A DNA stretch of 64,000 nucleotides from Candidatus Latescibacterota bacterium (GTDB taxonomy: Bacteria > Latescibacterota > UBA2968): contig OZ240241.1 of NCBI GenBank assembly GCA_965198115.1, positions 8,096,001 to 8,160,000 on the forward strand. Reading direction: 5' to 3'. The translations under genes were made by a program, and so were the position numbers. Below, one piece after another: positions 32,983 through 41,173 of the stretch. Position 1 is the first letter of the stretch. Each line of letters begins with the position of its first letter. The notes below the pieces were generated by a model that made no database searches, had not been told where the DNA came from, and saw only the letters and a program-made list of their open reading frames with translations.

Positions 32983-33363
32983 ATGAAGGCGGAAGATCAC
33001 GATTACTTCAAGCGGATGCTCAAGGAGAAGCGGGAGTCGATCATGCACGACCTGGGTCTGCTCGAGACCCATTCGATGAAAACGACATCCGCAGAGTCTT
33101 CGGGCGATCAGATTTATTCTGACCACATGCCTGATCTGGGCAGCGATGCGATGGAACGGGAAAAAGCGTTCATGTTCGCCTCCCGAGACGGGGTCTATCT
33201 GGGACAGCTCGAAGAAGCGCTGCAACGTTTGGAAAAAGGTACCTACGGGATCTGCCGTGTGTGCCGTGTGGACATTCCGCGTGCTTGACTCGAAGCTGTT
33301 CCGACGACCAAGATCTGTGTCTCCTGCAAAGAGAAGGAACATTCGGAAGAAAAGCGCGCATAG
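32983..33363 (+). CDS. TraR/DksA C4 zinc-finger protein with an in-frame TGA at 33286-33288
   Basis: HMPDLGSD..GTYGICRVC..IPRA*LEAVPTTKICVSC..; the reading frame continues to TAG at 33363. Confidence 0.85.
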
Positions 33364-33371
33364 GGGGTTGG

Positions 33372-33872
33372 TTGCAACGACTCTGGATTTCGGGAATCGC
33401 CCTGTTCCTGGACCAACTGTCGAAGTGGCTGGTGACCGTTCACCTCGAGCCACGGACCTCGGTTCCGGTGCTGGGCGATTTTTTCAAGCTCACCTACATC
33501 CACAACCCGGGAGCGATCTTCGGCATCCGTTTCGGCGGCATCTGGGTTCACGTGATCATTTCTGCCGTGGCGCTGGGCGTGGTTTCGAAGATGTTGTGGA
33601 GCTCGCCGGGGGAGGACCGCGCCGGATCGGTTGGACTGTCGCTCGTCCTCGGAGGGGCTGTGGGGAATCTGTTCGATCGGCTCGAAGTCTTCGTCGCGAC
33701 GGGCGGCGCGGTCGTCGACTTTCTGGACTTCGGGATCGGTTCGCTGAGATGGTATATCTTCAACATTGCCGATGCCTGTGTGACGACGGGTGTGGGTCTT
33801 CTCCTTCTCTCCTACTATGGCACAACACGAGCCGAACGAACCGTGGACGATGGAGGTTCCGGCAACCTTTGA
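33372..33872 (+). CDS. lspA: Lipoprotein signal peptidase II
   Basis: LDQLSK, NPGAIFG, GGAVGNLFDR, VVDFLD and FNIADA motifs. Confidence 0.93.
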   Translation: MQRLWISGIALFLDQLSKWLVTVHLEPRTSVPVLGDFFKLTYIHNPGAIFGIRFGGIWVHVIISAVALGVVSKMLWSSPGEDRAGSVGLSLVLGGAVGNLFDRLEVFVATGGAVVDFLDFGIGSLRWYIFNIADACVTTGVGLLLLSYYGTTRAERTVDDGGSGNL

Positions 33873-34797
33873 GGGGGCCCGGCTCGATCAATTCGTAGCC
33901 GAGCACTGCGACAGCCTGTCGCGTTCCTCCGTCCAGCGTCTGATTGCGGCTCAGTCCGTGCGAGTCAACGATCGATCCCGGCGTTCGAGCCACCGGCTGC
34001 GTGCGGGTGATGAGGTCCAGGTGACGCTGCCCGCGCCCACGCCGTCGGATATCGTTGCCGAGCCGCGTTCCCTTGACATCGTTTATGAGGACGAGCACTT
34101 CCTCCTCGTCAACAAGCCGGCAGGCATGTCGACGCACCCGTCTTCGACTGAATACACGGGCACGCTCGTGAACGCGCTCCTGGCTCATTGCGAGCTGTCG
34201 ACAATCGGACGACCGCTGAGACCCGGTGTCGTTCATCGACTCGACAAGTCCACGACCGGTCTTCTCGTCGTGGCGAAAGACGATACGACCCACCACGCAC
34301 TTTCCGCACGACTGGCGGATCGCAACATCCAGCGTGGGTACGACGCGCTCTGTTGGGGGCATCCCGGGGAGGATGAAAGCGGGGAGATCGACGCGCCGAT
34401 CGGGCGCCATCGGCGGGATCGGACGAAAATGGCCGTCGACCGAGAGGGTCGGGAAGCGATGACACGCTACCGCGTGTGTGCGCGCTACGATTTTCTGTCG
34501 CGACTGGAGCTACAACTCCAGACCGGACGCACGCATCAGATTCGTGTACATTTGGAGCACATTGGCCACGCTGTGTTCGGAGACCCCGTTTATGGCGGTC
34601 GAGAGAAGCGGCTGAAGGGGATTACACCGATGTTTCGCGCCGACGCCGGGCAGCTGTTGAAGCTGACCGATCGGCAGATGCTTCACGCCGCGAGGCTGGA
34701 ATTCGACCATCCACATACGGGAAAGACGATGATGTTCGAGGCGGAGCTGCCGGAGGACTTTCAGACGGTAGTGGAGAAGCTCGAAGCAGGAGGGTGA
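33817..34797 (+). CDS. RluA/RluD-family pseudouridine synthase
   Basis: S4-like N-terminus, VNKPAG, HRLDKSTTG and TGRTHQIRVH motifs. Confidence 0.93.
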   Translation: MAQHEPNEPWTMEVPATFEGARLDQFVAEHCDSLSRSSVQRLIAAQSVRVNDRSRRSSHRLRAGDEVQVTLPAPTPSDIVAEPRSLDIVYEDEHFLLVNKPAGMSTHPSSTEYTGTLVNALLAHCELSTIGRPLRPGVVHRLDKSTTGLLVVAKDDTTHHALSARLADRNIQRGYDALCWGHPGEDESGEIDAPIGRHRRDRTKMAVDREGREAMTRYRVCARYDFLSRLELQLQTGRTHQIRVHLEHIGHAVFGDPVYGGREKRLKGITPMFRADAGQLLKLTDRQMLHAARLEFDHPHTGKTMMFEAELPEDFQTVVEKLEAGG

Positions 34798-34860
34798 AGC
34801 GTGGCCGGCCGATGACGAAGCGTGTTCAGTGTTCAGGAAAAACGGCGACGGTTATAAAAT

Positions 34861-34899
34861 AGAAGGGGCCCGCTACGTTGTGCGAGGGCCCCTTTTTCT
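34861..34899. terminator. Intrinsic terminator between convergent genes (probably bidirectional)
   Basis: AGAAGGGGCCC...GGGCCCCTTTTTCT hairpin. Confidence 0.75.
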
Positions 34900-34919
34900 A
34901 TTGTGACGGTGATTTGGAT

Positions 34920-35537
34920 TCAAATGTGGGGGGCTTCGCCGTTCTGGATTCGGTCGACCATGGATTCGACGTCCTCGATGGGCGGGTCGTTTTCCCGGAT
35001 ATACCGGAAGAGACGGGTTTTGTCACTGTCGTACTCGAGTCGGGATAGAGCCAGGGCACGTCGTTCGTCGATTTCGCCCGTTCGAACGGCCTCCCGAATC
35101 GGGGGTGGTAGCCGATTGAACCGGCGTGCTATGGCGGCCTCCTCTTCCTTCAGTCCAAACCGTGTCGCCAGTTCCTCGTTGGGAAGATGGAACACGTCGG
35201 CACGGCGGAGGAAGTCGACTTCGTCGGCGATGTTGACGCTGTGCGTCTGGAGGTTGGACTGGAAGGCCAGCTCACGGGCGCGTTCCTCGGAGACACGGCG
35301 AACGATGGCGGGAATGGTTGGCATGCCGAGTCGCAGGCACGCCTCGACGCGACGCTGGCCGATGACGAGTTCGTAACGACCGTTCTCGACGGGTCGAACG
35401 ACGATCGGGTCGATCACGCCGTAGCGCTCGATGGACTTGATGAGTGTCGTCAGGTTTTCGGAATCGAGCCTCTGCCGGATCGTCAACTTTCGCGTGTCGA
35501 TGTGTGCGGTCGGGATTTCAAGCAGAGCGTCGGGCAC
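34920..35537 (-). CDS. ParB/Spo0J-like protein (N-terminal ParB domain plus HTH, short C-terminus)
   Basis: LIKSIERYGVIDPIVVR..YELVIGQRRVEA..IPAIV..SNLQ; GAGGAG RBS. Confidence 0.85.
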   Translation of the reverse strand: MPDALLEIPTAHIDTRKLTIRQRLDSENLTTLIKSIERYGVIDPIVVRPVENGRYELVIGQRRVEACLRLGMPTIPAIVRRVSEERARELAFQSNLQTHSVNIADEVDFLRRADVFHLPNEELATRFGLKEEEAAIARRFNRLPPPIREAVRTGEIDERRALALSRLEYDSDKTRLFRYIRENDPPIEDVESMVDRIQNGEAPHI

Positions 35538-35572
35538 CGATCGGGCTCCTCATCGTTCTGACAGTCGTTGTC

Positions 35573-35610
35573 AAAGAAGAAAGCCCAAAGCCCGCGGGGA
35601 GCTTTGGACC
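35573..35610 (-). terminator. Intrinsic terminator/attenuator between the mamK-like and parB-like genes
   Basis: Minus strand GTCCAAAGCT-loop-GGCTTTGGGC followed by TTTCTTCTTT. Confidence 0.55.
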
Positions 35611-35645
35611 TTTTCCTACAGTGGTTGGCGATGATATCGACGAGA

Positions 35646-36737
35646 TCAGGCGGACGTCCATTCCGATTCTGGCATGTCCTGGGCGAGTCGAAGCGCACCG
35701 AGGGCGCCAGCGTAGACGGGATCGTCGACAACCGTCACCCGCGCTGGCCCGAACTCGGCGAGATCGGATTCGATGACGACGGGGAGGCCGCGAATCTGGC
35801 TGCCCCCACCGGCGAGGACGATGTTGTTTCGGAGCTCATCCTGGAATTCGGGTTCGAACGTGGTGATGAGCTCGCGGATCGACGCGAGTGTGTCGGGTAG
35901 AACATCCTCGCACGCCGCTTTGAGCTCTTCGGCGATGTTGTAGAGGACGGCCTTGCCTTCCACCTGAAACTCCACGCTGATCCCTTCGGTGATGGGCGAG
36001 ACGAAGGCGTAACGCTCTTTGATCGACCTGGCCTGGTTTAACGAGATGGGGGAGTCCTTGACCTTTTCCTGGAGCAAGCCGTGGAATTTGTCGTCGATGA
36101 AGCTTCCGGCCTTGTATAGGGTGCGCTGGTCCTCGTCTTCAGGGATCGTGCCGTGCATGCGACAAAGGTCGAGCGTTCCGGCGCCGATGTCGACAACGAG
36201 AGCGTTGTTGTAGAGCCCGAGTCCATAGGCGACTAGGAAGGGTTCGGAGACGACCATGACGGAGTCGACGAGATCCTGGATCACGTCGATGATGGCCTGT
36301 TTGTCGTTCTCGCTCGCGAGCGCGGGGGCGCCGACGACCGCACGGACAGCCTGATTCGGTCGAATTTCGGCCAGTTCGACGACGTGGCGAACCAATTCGC
36401 GTACGGCCTCGACCTCCCGATTGTCGCCTGCCATCGCACCCGGCTGGGGCCGATACCGGAGCACGCCCTTTTCCAAAGGGTAGAACAGATCGAGGGCCAT
36501 CCGGTTGCGGATGCACTCCTCTCCGTAGACGATCGGTTTCTGCAGGAACTTGTAAGCGATCAGATCCTTGGGCCATCCAACGACGCTGGGAACGGTTCGT
36601 GTGACATCGGTGCTGGTCGCAACGGAGCTGTTGGCCGTTCCCAGATCGATGACCATGTAGAGCACATCCTGTGCTGGCGCCGGGGTCTCCTGAATGCGTT
36701 CCGAAGACGCGCGCTCCTGTCCGGTCTCCTCCGGCAT
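35646..36737 (-). CDS. MamK-like bacterial actin
   Basis: IDLGT, SVVGWPKD, YPLEKGVL, VVSEPFLVAYG, VVDIGAGTLDLC, KAG..ID, F.PE.Q, NIVLAGGGSQIRGL and GALRLA..P...W. These match the MamK subfamily blocks (SVVGYPKD, VVSEPF, FQPEYQ) rather than MreB. Confidence 0.88.
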   Translation of the reverse strand: MPEETGQERASSERIQETPAPAQDVLYMVIDLGTANSSVATSTDVTRTVPSVVGWPKDLIAYKFLQKPIVYGEECIRNRMALDLFYPLEKGVLRYRPQPGAMAGDNREVEAVRELVRHVVELAEIRPNQAVRAVVGAPALASENDKQAIIDVIQDLVDSVMVVSEPFLVAYGLGLYNNALVVDIGAGTLDLCRMHGTIPEDEDQRTLYKAGSFIDDKFHGLLQEKVKDSPISLNQARSIKERYAFVSPITEGISVEFQVEGKAVLYNIAEELKAACEDVLPDTLASIRELITTFEPEFQDELRNNIVLAGGGSQIRGLPVVIESDLAEFGPARVTVVDDPVYAGALGALRLAQDMPESEWTSA

Positions 36738-36753
36738 GTTCGACAACTCCTCT

Positions 36754-37104
36754 TCAGTGAGACTGCAATTCGATGGTGATCGGGGCCGTGTCGGTCTCGT
36801 CGTCGGCTGACTCTTCCGAGCTCGAGGGTGTTTCGGGGGGAGGCGTGACGGGTAGACTGGCCTCTTTGACGAACGTTTCTACGATTTGTGTTCGGCGGAT
36901 TCGAAAGCGATCGGCGATGCCACCGGGAATGGCGTGTGGCTCGCTCCTGGGTTCAATCAGCCCGATCCGTGGTGTGGGGGCCACATCCGGTGGGTCGGGG
37001 GGGATCGGGGCGGGCCCATCCGTCCCATCGGGTTCACCTTCGACTCGGCGGCGCCCCTCGACTGCTTCGTTCAATACTTGGTCTGTGAGTGATCGGATGG
37101 ACAC
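36754..37104 (-). CDS. Small acidic Pro-rich, probably disordered protein (116 aa)
   Basis: GTG begins 1 nt after the TPR-gene stop and the ORF ends just before the actin RBS. Sequence includes PAPIPPDPPDVAPTP..TPPPETPSSSEESADDETD. Confidence 0.65.
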   Translation of the reverse strand: MSIRSLTDQVLNEAVEGRRRVEGEPDGTDGPAPIPPDPPDVAPTPRIGLIEPRSEPHAIPGGIADRFRIRRTQIVETFVKEASLPVTPPPETPSSSEESADDETDTAPITIELQSH

Positions 37105-37105
37105 G

Positions 37106-37991
37106 TTAGATCGACTTTTTGAAGAACTCGATCGCTTTGTTGTGCTCGCCCTTGTGTTCGTAGGCGAGCCCGAGACTCTGGTGGATGCCGGGGTGAGCAG
37201 GGTCGAGTTCGACGACGCGGTTGAACGACGTGATGGCGTCGTCGAAACTTCCGCGGGTGTTGTGAACACTCCCGAGTCGGAAATGTGTTTCCGCGTTTTC
37301 GGGTTCTTCGTTCGTTGCCTCGGTCAGACAGCGAACCGCCTCTCCGTAGTTCTCGGTCCGTGTGTAGACTTCGGCCAGTTTGTAGTAGGCCGGGAGGAAG
37401 TGCGAATCGATAGCCATGGCGCTTCGGAGCGCTTCGATGGCTTCTTCGAAAATCGCCGTTGTTGTCGGAGGCGACTCCGAGCTTGTAGCAAGCCGAAGCC
37501 GTACGGTTCAGGTCGACGAGCTTTTGGAAAGAAGCGATGGCCTGCGGATAGTCGCCCTTGTTCTTGTAATTGACCCCGAGATGATCGTGGATCTGCGCCA
37601 GATCCTCACGACCCAATCCAAAGATGTCCTCGAAGAAGGATACGGTCCGATCGGACAGCTGCTTGGCGTAGAGCAGGAAGGTGTAACATGTGCTTTCGAA
37701 GGCGTCGAGCCTCCGTTCGATCCGGTCGAGTCGCGCGAGGACGTCGTCGTCGCCGGGCGAATCGTCGGAGCCTTCGAGGTCCCACTCCTGCGGGAGGCGT
37801 TCTCCGGTGATCTGCGGTGTTGAACTCACGCTGCGTGGTCCTCCGGCGGCCGAGGGGTCGACCTTCCCCACGTATTCGTTGAGAATCTGCTCCTGACGGC
37901 CGCGCTTTCGCTGGCTTCGGGCGATGGCAGGTGTGTCGGGAACAAGGGAGCTTGAACCGACGGCATTCTGGTCTGAGTCTCGGTCGGTCAC
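37106..37991 (-). CDS. MamA-like TPR protein (about 294 aa; 1-nt frameshift in the T-run near 37450)
   Basis: Removing one T joins ..NNGDF to EEAIEALRSAMAIDSHF... Five TPR-like repeats follow an amphipathic LD..Y..L..AK.L..V..F..F segment; C-terminus FRLG..G.FDDAI.SF..AYE..G.H..A..FKK. Confidence 0.72.
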
Positions 37992-39063
37992 GATTCGTCC
38001 TTGGTGACCGCGACACGGCGGTCGTAAGACAGGGAACCCGATCGGACAGATATGTGTGACGCCTTGCGATAATTCTCCGCCCGGCTTAAGCTATTCGCAA
38101 AATAGGCAGAATCGTTTCAATACGGTTAACAGTGGAGACCGTTCCCTAATGAGTTGAGGGTCACCTAAGATCTGGCGGCCATGCGACATAGTGCCATAGG
38201 AGTACTTACAAGGCGCAACGGCCAAAAGCGGTTGTCGGACCTACGCCTGATGTCCCTTTCTTTACGCGAACGCGTTTGGCACATTCCGGGGGATCGGGAC
38301 GCGAAACGCTCTCGATCTCCGACGGGTCCGCCATCGGCAGCACCGCCAGGGAGACGGCCGATTTTCTACCCCGCTTCGCCATTTTCGGGAAGCAGCTTCA
38401 AAGCCGCCTTGTCGACAGACGCAAGCTCTTGTTTTTGCACTGGTTTAAGTGTTTCCGACACCTGAAACCCCCCCTTTCGTCGACAACGGCCGCGATGCGC
38501 CCCCCGGAACGAAAATTAGGACGTTTTAGTAGAAGAAACGGTCCACTTACCGGTGTCCAAAAAAAGAGAGCTGACCGTTTCCACCCCCCCTACCCCCCTA
38601 GTGCGGGCCTCGGGCCAGCGATGCGCCCAGGGCCAACACCGCGCACCCCCTATGCCCGCTGGGACCTGGCCTGGCCACGTCTTGAGCCTAATCGGTCGAA
38701 ACGCGCTATTTTCGCGGTTCGAGAGCCTACTTCTCGCGCGTGTGGGAAAATGAAAAGGGCGCGGTCTACATCGGGACGCCCAGAGAGTTCATCCTCCCTT
38801 ATCTCCGGTCGTCAGTTCTTGGTGCGTGAGAATGCGAATAGCGTTGTCTGGGCGGGAATTTATCGTAAGCCGTAACAAGATATGGGCGGGGTCGTTCGGG
38901 GCCCTTAGGATCGGGCCCGATGGTGCAGGGGGAGGTGTTGGGGGAGCGCCCTGGCGTGAGCCGTAGAGGGCGCAAAATCACGACGAATATATGGGCATCC
39001 CAACAGCCAAGTCAAGCGCTATTTTCAGGTATTACAAGGACATTTGGGCATGTTGGAGCACGG

Positions 39064-39101
39064 AAAAGGGGTGTCGAATTCGTTCGCATTTCGACACCCC
39101 T
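39064..39101 (-). terminator. Intrinsic terminator of the ferredoxin gene
   Basis: Minus strand AGGGGTGTCGAA...TTCGACACCCCTTTT. Confidence 0.75.
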
Positions 39102-39121
39102 CAGACGGGTTCGCGTTTAAA

Positions 39122-39853
39122 TTAGAGACTGTTCGCGGGTAGCCCGTAGGCCTCCTCGACCTGGTCTGTGTCGACCATCTCGATGGCCTCCCAAGGACAG
39201 ATTTTGACGCATTGGACGCAGCCGATACAATCGGCGAGACGTACCTCGCAAAATGTCCCGATGCCGTCGAGGCCGGCTTCGTTCACGTCCACCTCTTCGA
39301 TGCAGTCGGTCGGGCACACTTCGATGCAGGCATTGCAGCCCGTACAATAGTCGGGGTTGATGATGGCGATGATCTTGGGGCGTCGCTTCTTCTCCGTCAT
39401 TCCCGACCGCGATTCGAGCCAGAGGTAGTCGTGATAACCGATCCGTCCGTAGTCGGAGAATCGCTCGGGCCAGTAGGCGCCCGTTCGCGGGGCGAATATG
39501 AATTCCCCTTCGGTGTGGGCGTGACTCAAACGATAGCGATCGGCGGTGATCAATTGGTCGGGATCGTCGTCGTAGACGAAGCTGATAAGGTCGTAGCGAA
39601 CGGAGACGATGCGGGCGGCCCTGTCTCGCCACTTGAAGTGGGTACCCGGCAGAAATTCGAGCACGGGCATGGCCTGGCGCTCTTCCTCGACTGCCTCGGT
39701 CGTCGCCGGTCCAGCCTGTGCGGTTGCTGCCGCCGGAGAGGCGTCGGCGCTGGCCCCACCTTCCCGGTTGGCCTTTCGAACGGCATCGGCCTTGGCTTTT
39801 GCCCGCTCCACACGATCGGTAATGCCATCGAACTGTGACAGGTCTACGTTCAA
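39122..39853 (-). CDS. 2x[4Fe-4S] ferredoxin with long N-terminal extension
   Basis: CTGCNACIEVCP and CIGCVQCVKICP; TTG start with GGAGAG RBS. Confidence 0.88.
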   Translation of the reverse strand: MNVDLSQFDGITDRVERAKAKADAVRKANREGGASADASPAAATAQAGPATTEAVEEERQAMPVLEFLPGTHFKWRDRAARIVSVRYDLISFVYDDDPDQLITADRYRLSHAHTEGEFIFAPRTGAYWPERFSDYGRIGYHDYLWLESRSGMTEKKRRPKIIAIINPDYCTGCNACIEVCPTDCIEEVDVNEAGLDGIGTFCEVRLADCIGCVQCVKICPWEAIEMVDTDQVEEAYGLPANSL

Positions 39854-39901
39854 AACTTCTCTCCACCAGCGTTTTAAACACGCACCGACGAAACCGTGTC
39901 C

Positions 39902-39930
39902 AAGATAGGGCCAACCCCTTCGCGTGTCAA
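39902..39930 (-). promoter_or_regulatory. sigma70-type promoter for the ferredoxin gene
   Basis: Minus strand TTGACA-N17-TATCTT. Confidence 0.6.
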
Positions 39931-39995
39931 GGTCACCCTCCCCGACCGAAGACGCTGAAACCCGCGATCTACAAGCGTTTTCGCCCCCAGGATTC

Positions 39996-40024
39996 TTGAC
40001 TCCCCAGTAGCCGGTGCCTATATT
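39996..40024 (+). promoter_or_regulatory. sigma70-type promoter for the HEAT gene
   Basis: TTGACT-N17-TATATT. Confidence 0.55.
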
Positions 40025-40064
40025 TCGGTCGCTTCAGATGGCCTCACGCCCCGGGAGAATTCGG

Positions 40065-40988
40065 TTGTCGGATGAAGATCAGGATCGGTCCGAGGAAGCC
40101 ACGCAGGCTGCTTCCGACGAGGGTGTGGCCAAATCACCCAACCTGATTTCCCAATTCGTCATCTTCCCCCTTGCCGTCGTCATCGTCGGGGTCTCCATCT
40201 ACCTTTTTTTGGGGATCCTGACCTCCGAAGATCGTAGCGCCCGCGACTACCTGGACACGATCAAACGGGGGGGCATCAACAGCCGCTGGCAGGCCGCCTA
40301 CGAGCTCGTCAAGGTCCTTGCGGCGGAGCGTCGCGAGGGTAGCCTCGATCCCCGGTTTGCCGACGAAATCGTGCGTGTTTTCGAAGATTCCCGCCACGAC
40401 GATCCTCGTGTTCGGCGGTATCTTGCACGGGCGATGGAAATGGTGGACCATCCGAAGGTTGTCGCGGCACTGATTGCCGCGCTCGACGATGCCGACGAGG
40501 AGACCCGACTGTTTGCGATTCATTCCTTGGGATCCTTGGGTGCCGGAGTGGCGATCGACGATCTTCTGCCGTTTGCGAAGAGCCAGGATGCGGGTTTCCG
40601 GAAGGCGACCGTTTACGCCCTCGGGAACATGCGGGACGACAGGGTGGAATCGGTTCTGATGGCGGCCCTGCACGACGCCACACCGGATGTGAGGTGGAAC
40701 GCGGCCCTGCAACTGTCGCGTCGTGGTCGGAATCCGGGCGCGGCGGCTCTGTACGAGATGATGGATCGGCCGTTTTTAACGCGTCTCGTCATGACCGAAG
40801 AGCAGCGTGTGACCCTGATCGTCTACGCCATCCGGGCGACCTCGGCCCTCAGGGAAGAGACCCTACGGGGGCACATCGACACCCTTCGCGAAAGTGACGA
40901 AAGCCTTAAAGTCCGTCAGGCCGCGATCGAGGCTTTGGCGGACTGGGGACGGCCGGAGGTTGGCGCGCCGGTCAGGATCGGAAATTAG
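40065..40988 (+). CDS. Membrane-anchored HEAT-repeat protein
   Basis: N-terminal TM (FVIFPLAVVIVGVSIYLFLG); repeats such as DPRVRRYLARAM, DEETRLFAIHSLG and PDVRWNAALQL. Confidence 0.85.
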   Translation: MSDEDQDRSEEATQAASDEGVAKSPNLISQFVIFPLAVVIVGVSIYLFLGILTSEDRSARDYLDTIKRGGINSRWQAAYELVKVLAAERREGSLDPRFADEIVRVFEDSRHDDPRVRRYLARAMEMVDHPKVVAALIAALDDADEETRLFAIHSLGSLGAGVAIDDLLPFAKSQDAGFRKATVYALGNMRDDRVESVLMAALHDATPDVRWNAALQLSRRGRNPGAAALYEMMDRPFLTRLVMTEEQRVTLIVYAIRATSALREETLRGHIDTLRESDESLKVRQAAIEALADWGRPEVGAPVRIGN

Positions 40989-40989
40989 C

Positions 40990-41018
40990 TTGACACGATC
41001 CCGGACGTTCAATATATT
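40990..41018 (+). promoter_or_regulatory. sigma70-type promoter upstream of the respiratory operon
   Basis: TTGACA-N17-TATATT. Confidence 0.6.
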
Positions 41019-41173
41019 GGCGAGCCAGTGGTATAGAATTGAATCAAGTCCTATGTTTTCAATGACTTCCGACGAATTCGAACCGAGCCCGGGAGGGGTG
41101 GTTCGCCACTTCTCTCCGCAGGTCGAGGCACCCCCGCCTCCACCCCAGGTTCTGCTCTCCGCCCGACCACTAA

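Noticed and set aside
33286-33288. Selenocysteine or genetic-code reassignment of TGA
   Set aside because: The position aligns with Arg, not Cys/Trp/Gly, and TGA serves as a normal stop for many genes in the window.
35646-36737. Calling the actin MreB or FtsA
   Set aside because: No mreC/mreD/pbp2 or fts context, and the motif blocks fit the MamK subfamily better.
38181-38196. sigma54 promoter for the mamA-like operon (minus strand TGGCACTATGTCGCA)
   Set aside because: GG-GC spacing is 9 nt rather than the required 10.
37992-39121. Replication origin
   Set aside because: No TTATCCACA-type DnaA boxes or AT-rich unwinding element were seen.
34920-41000. A full magnetosome island
   Set aside because: No CDF transporters (MamB/M), HtrA proteases (MamE/O), LemA (MamQ), MamI/L or feoB are recognisable in the window.
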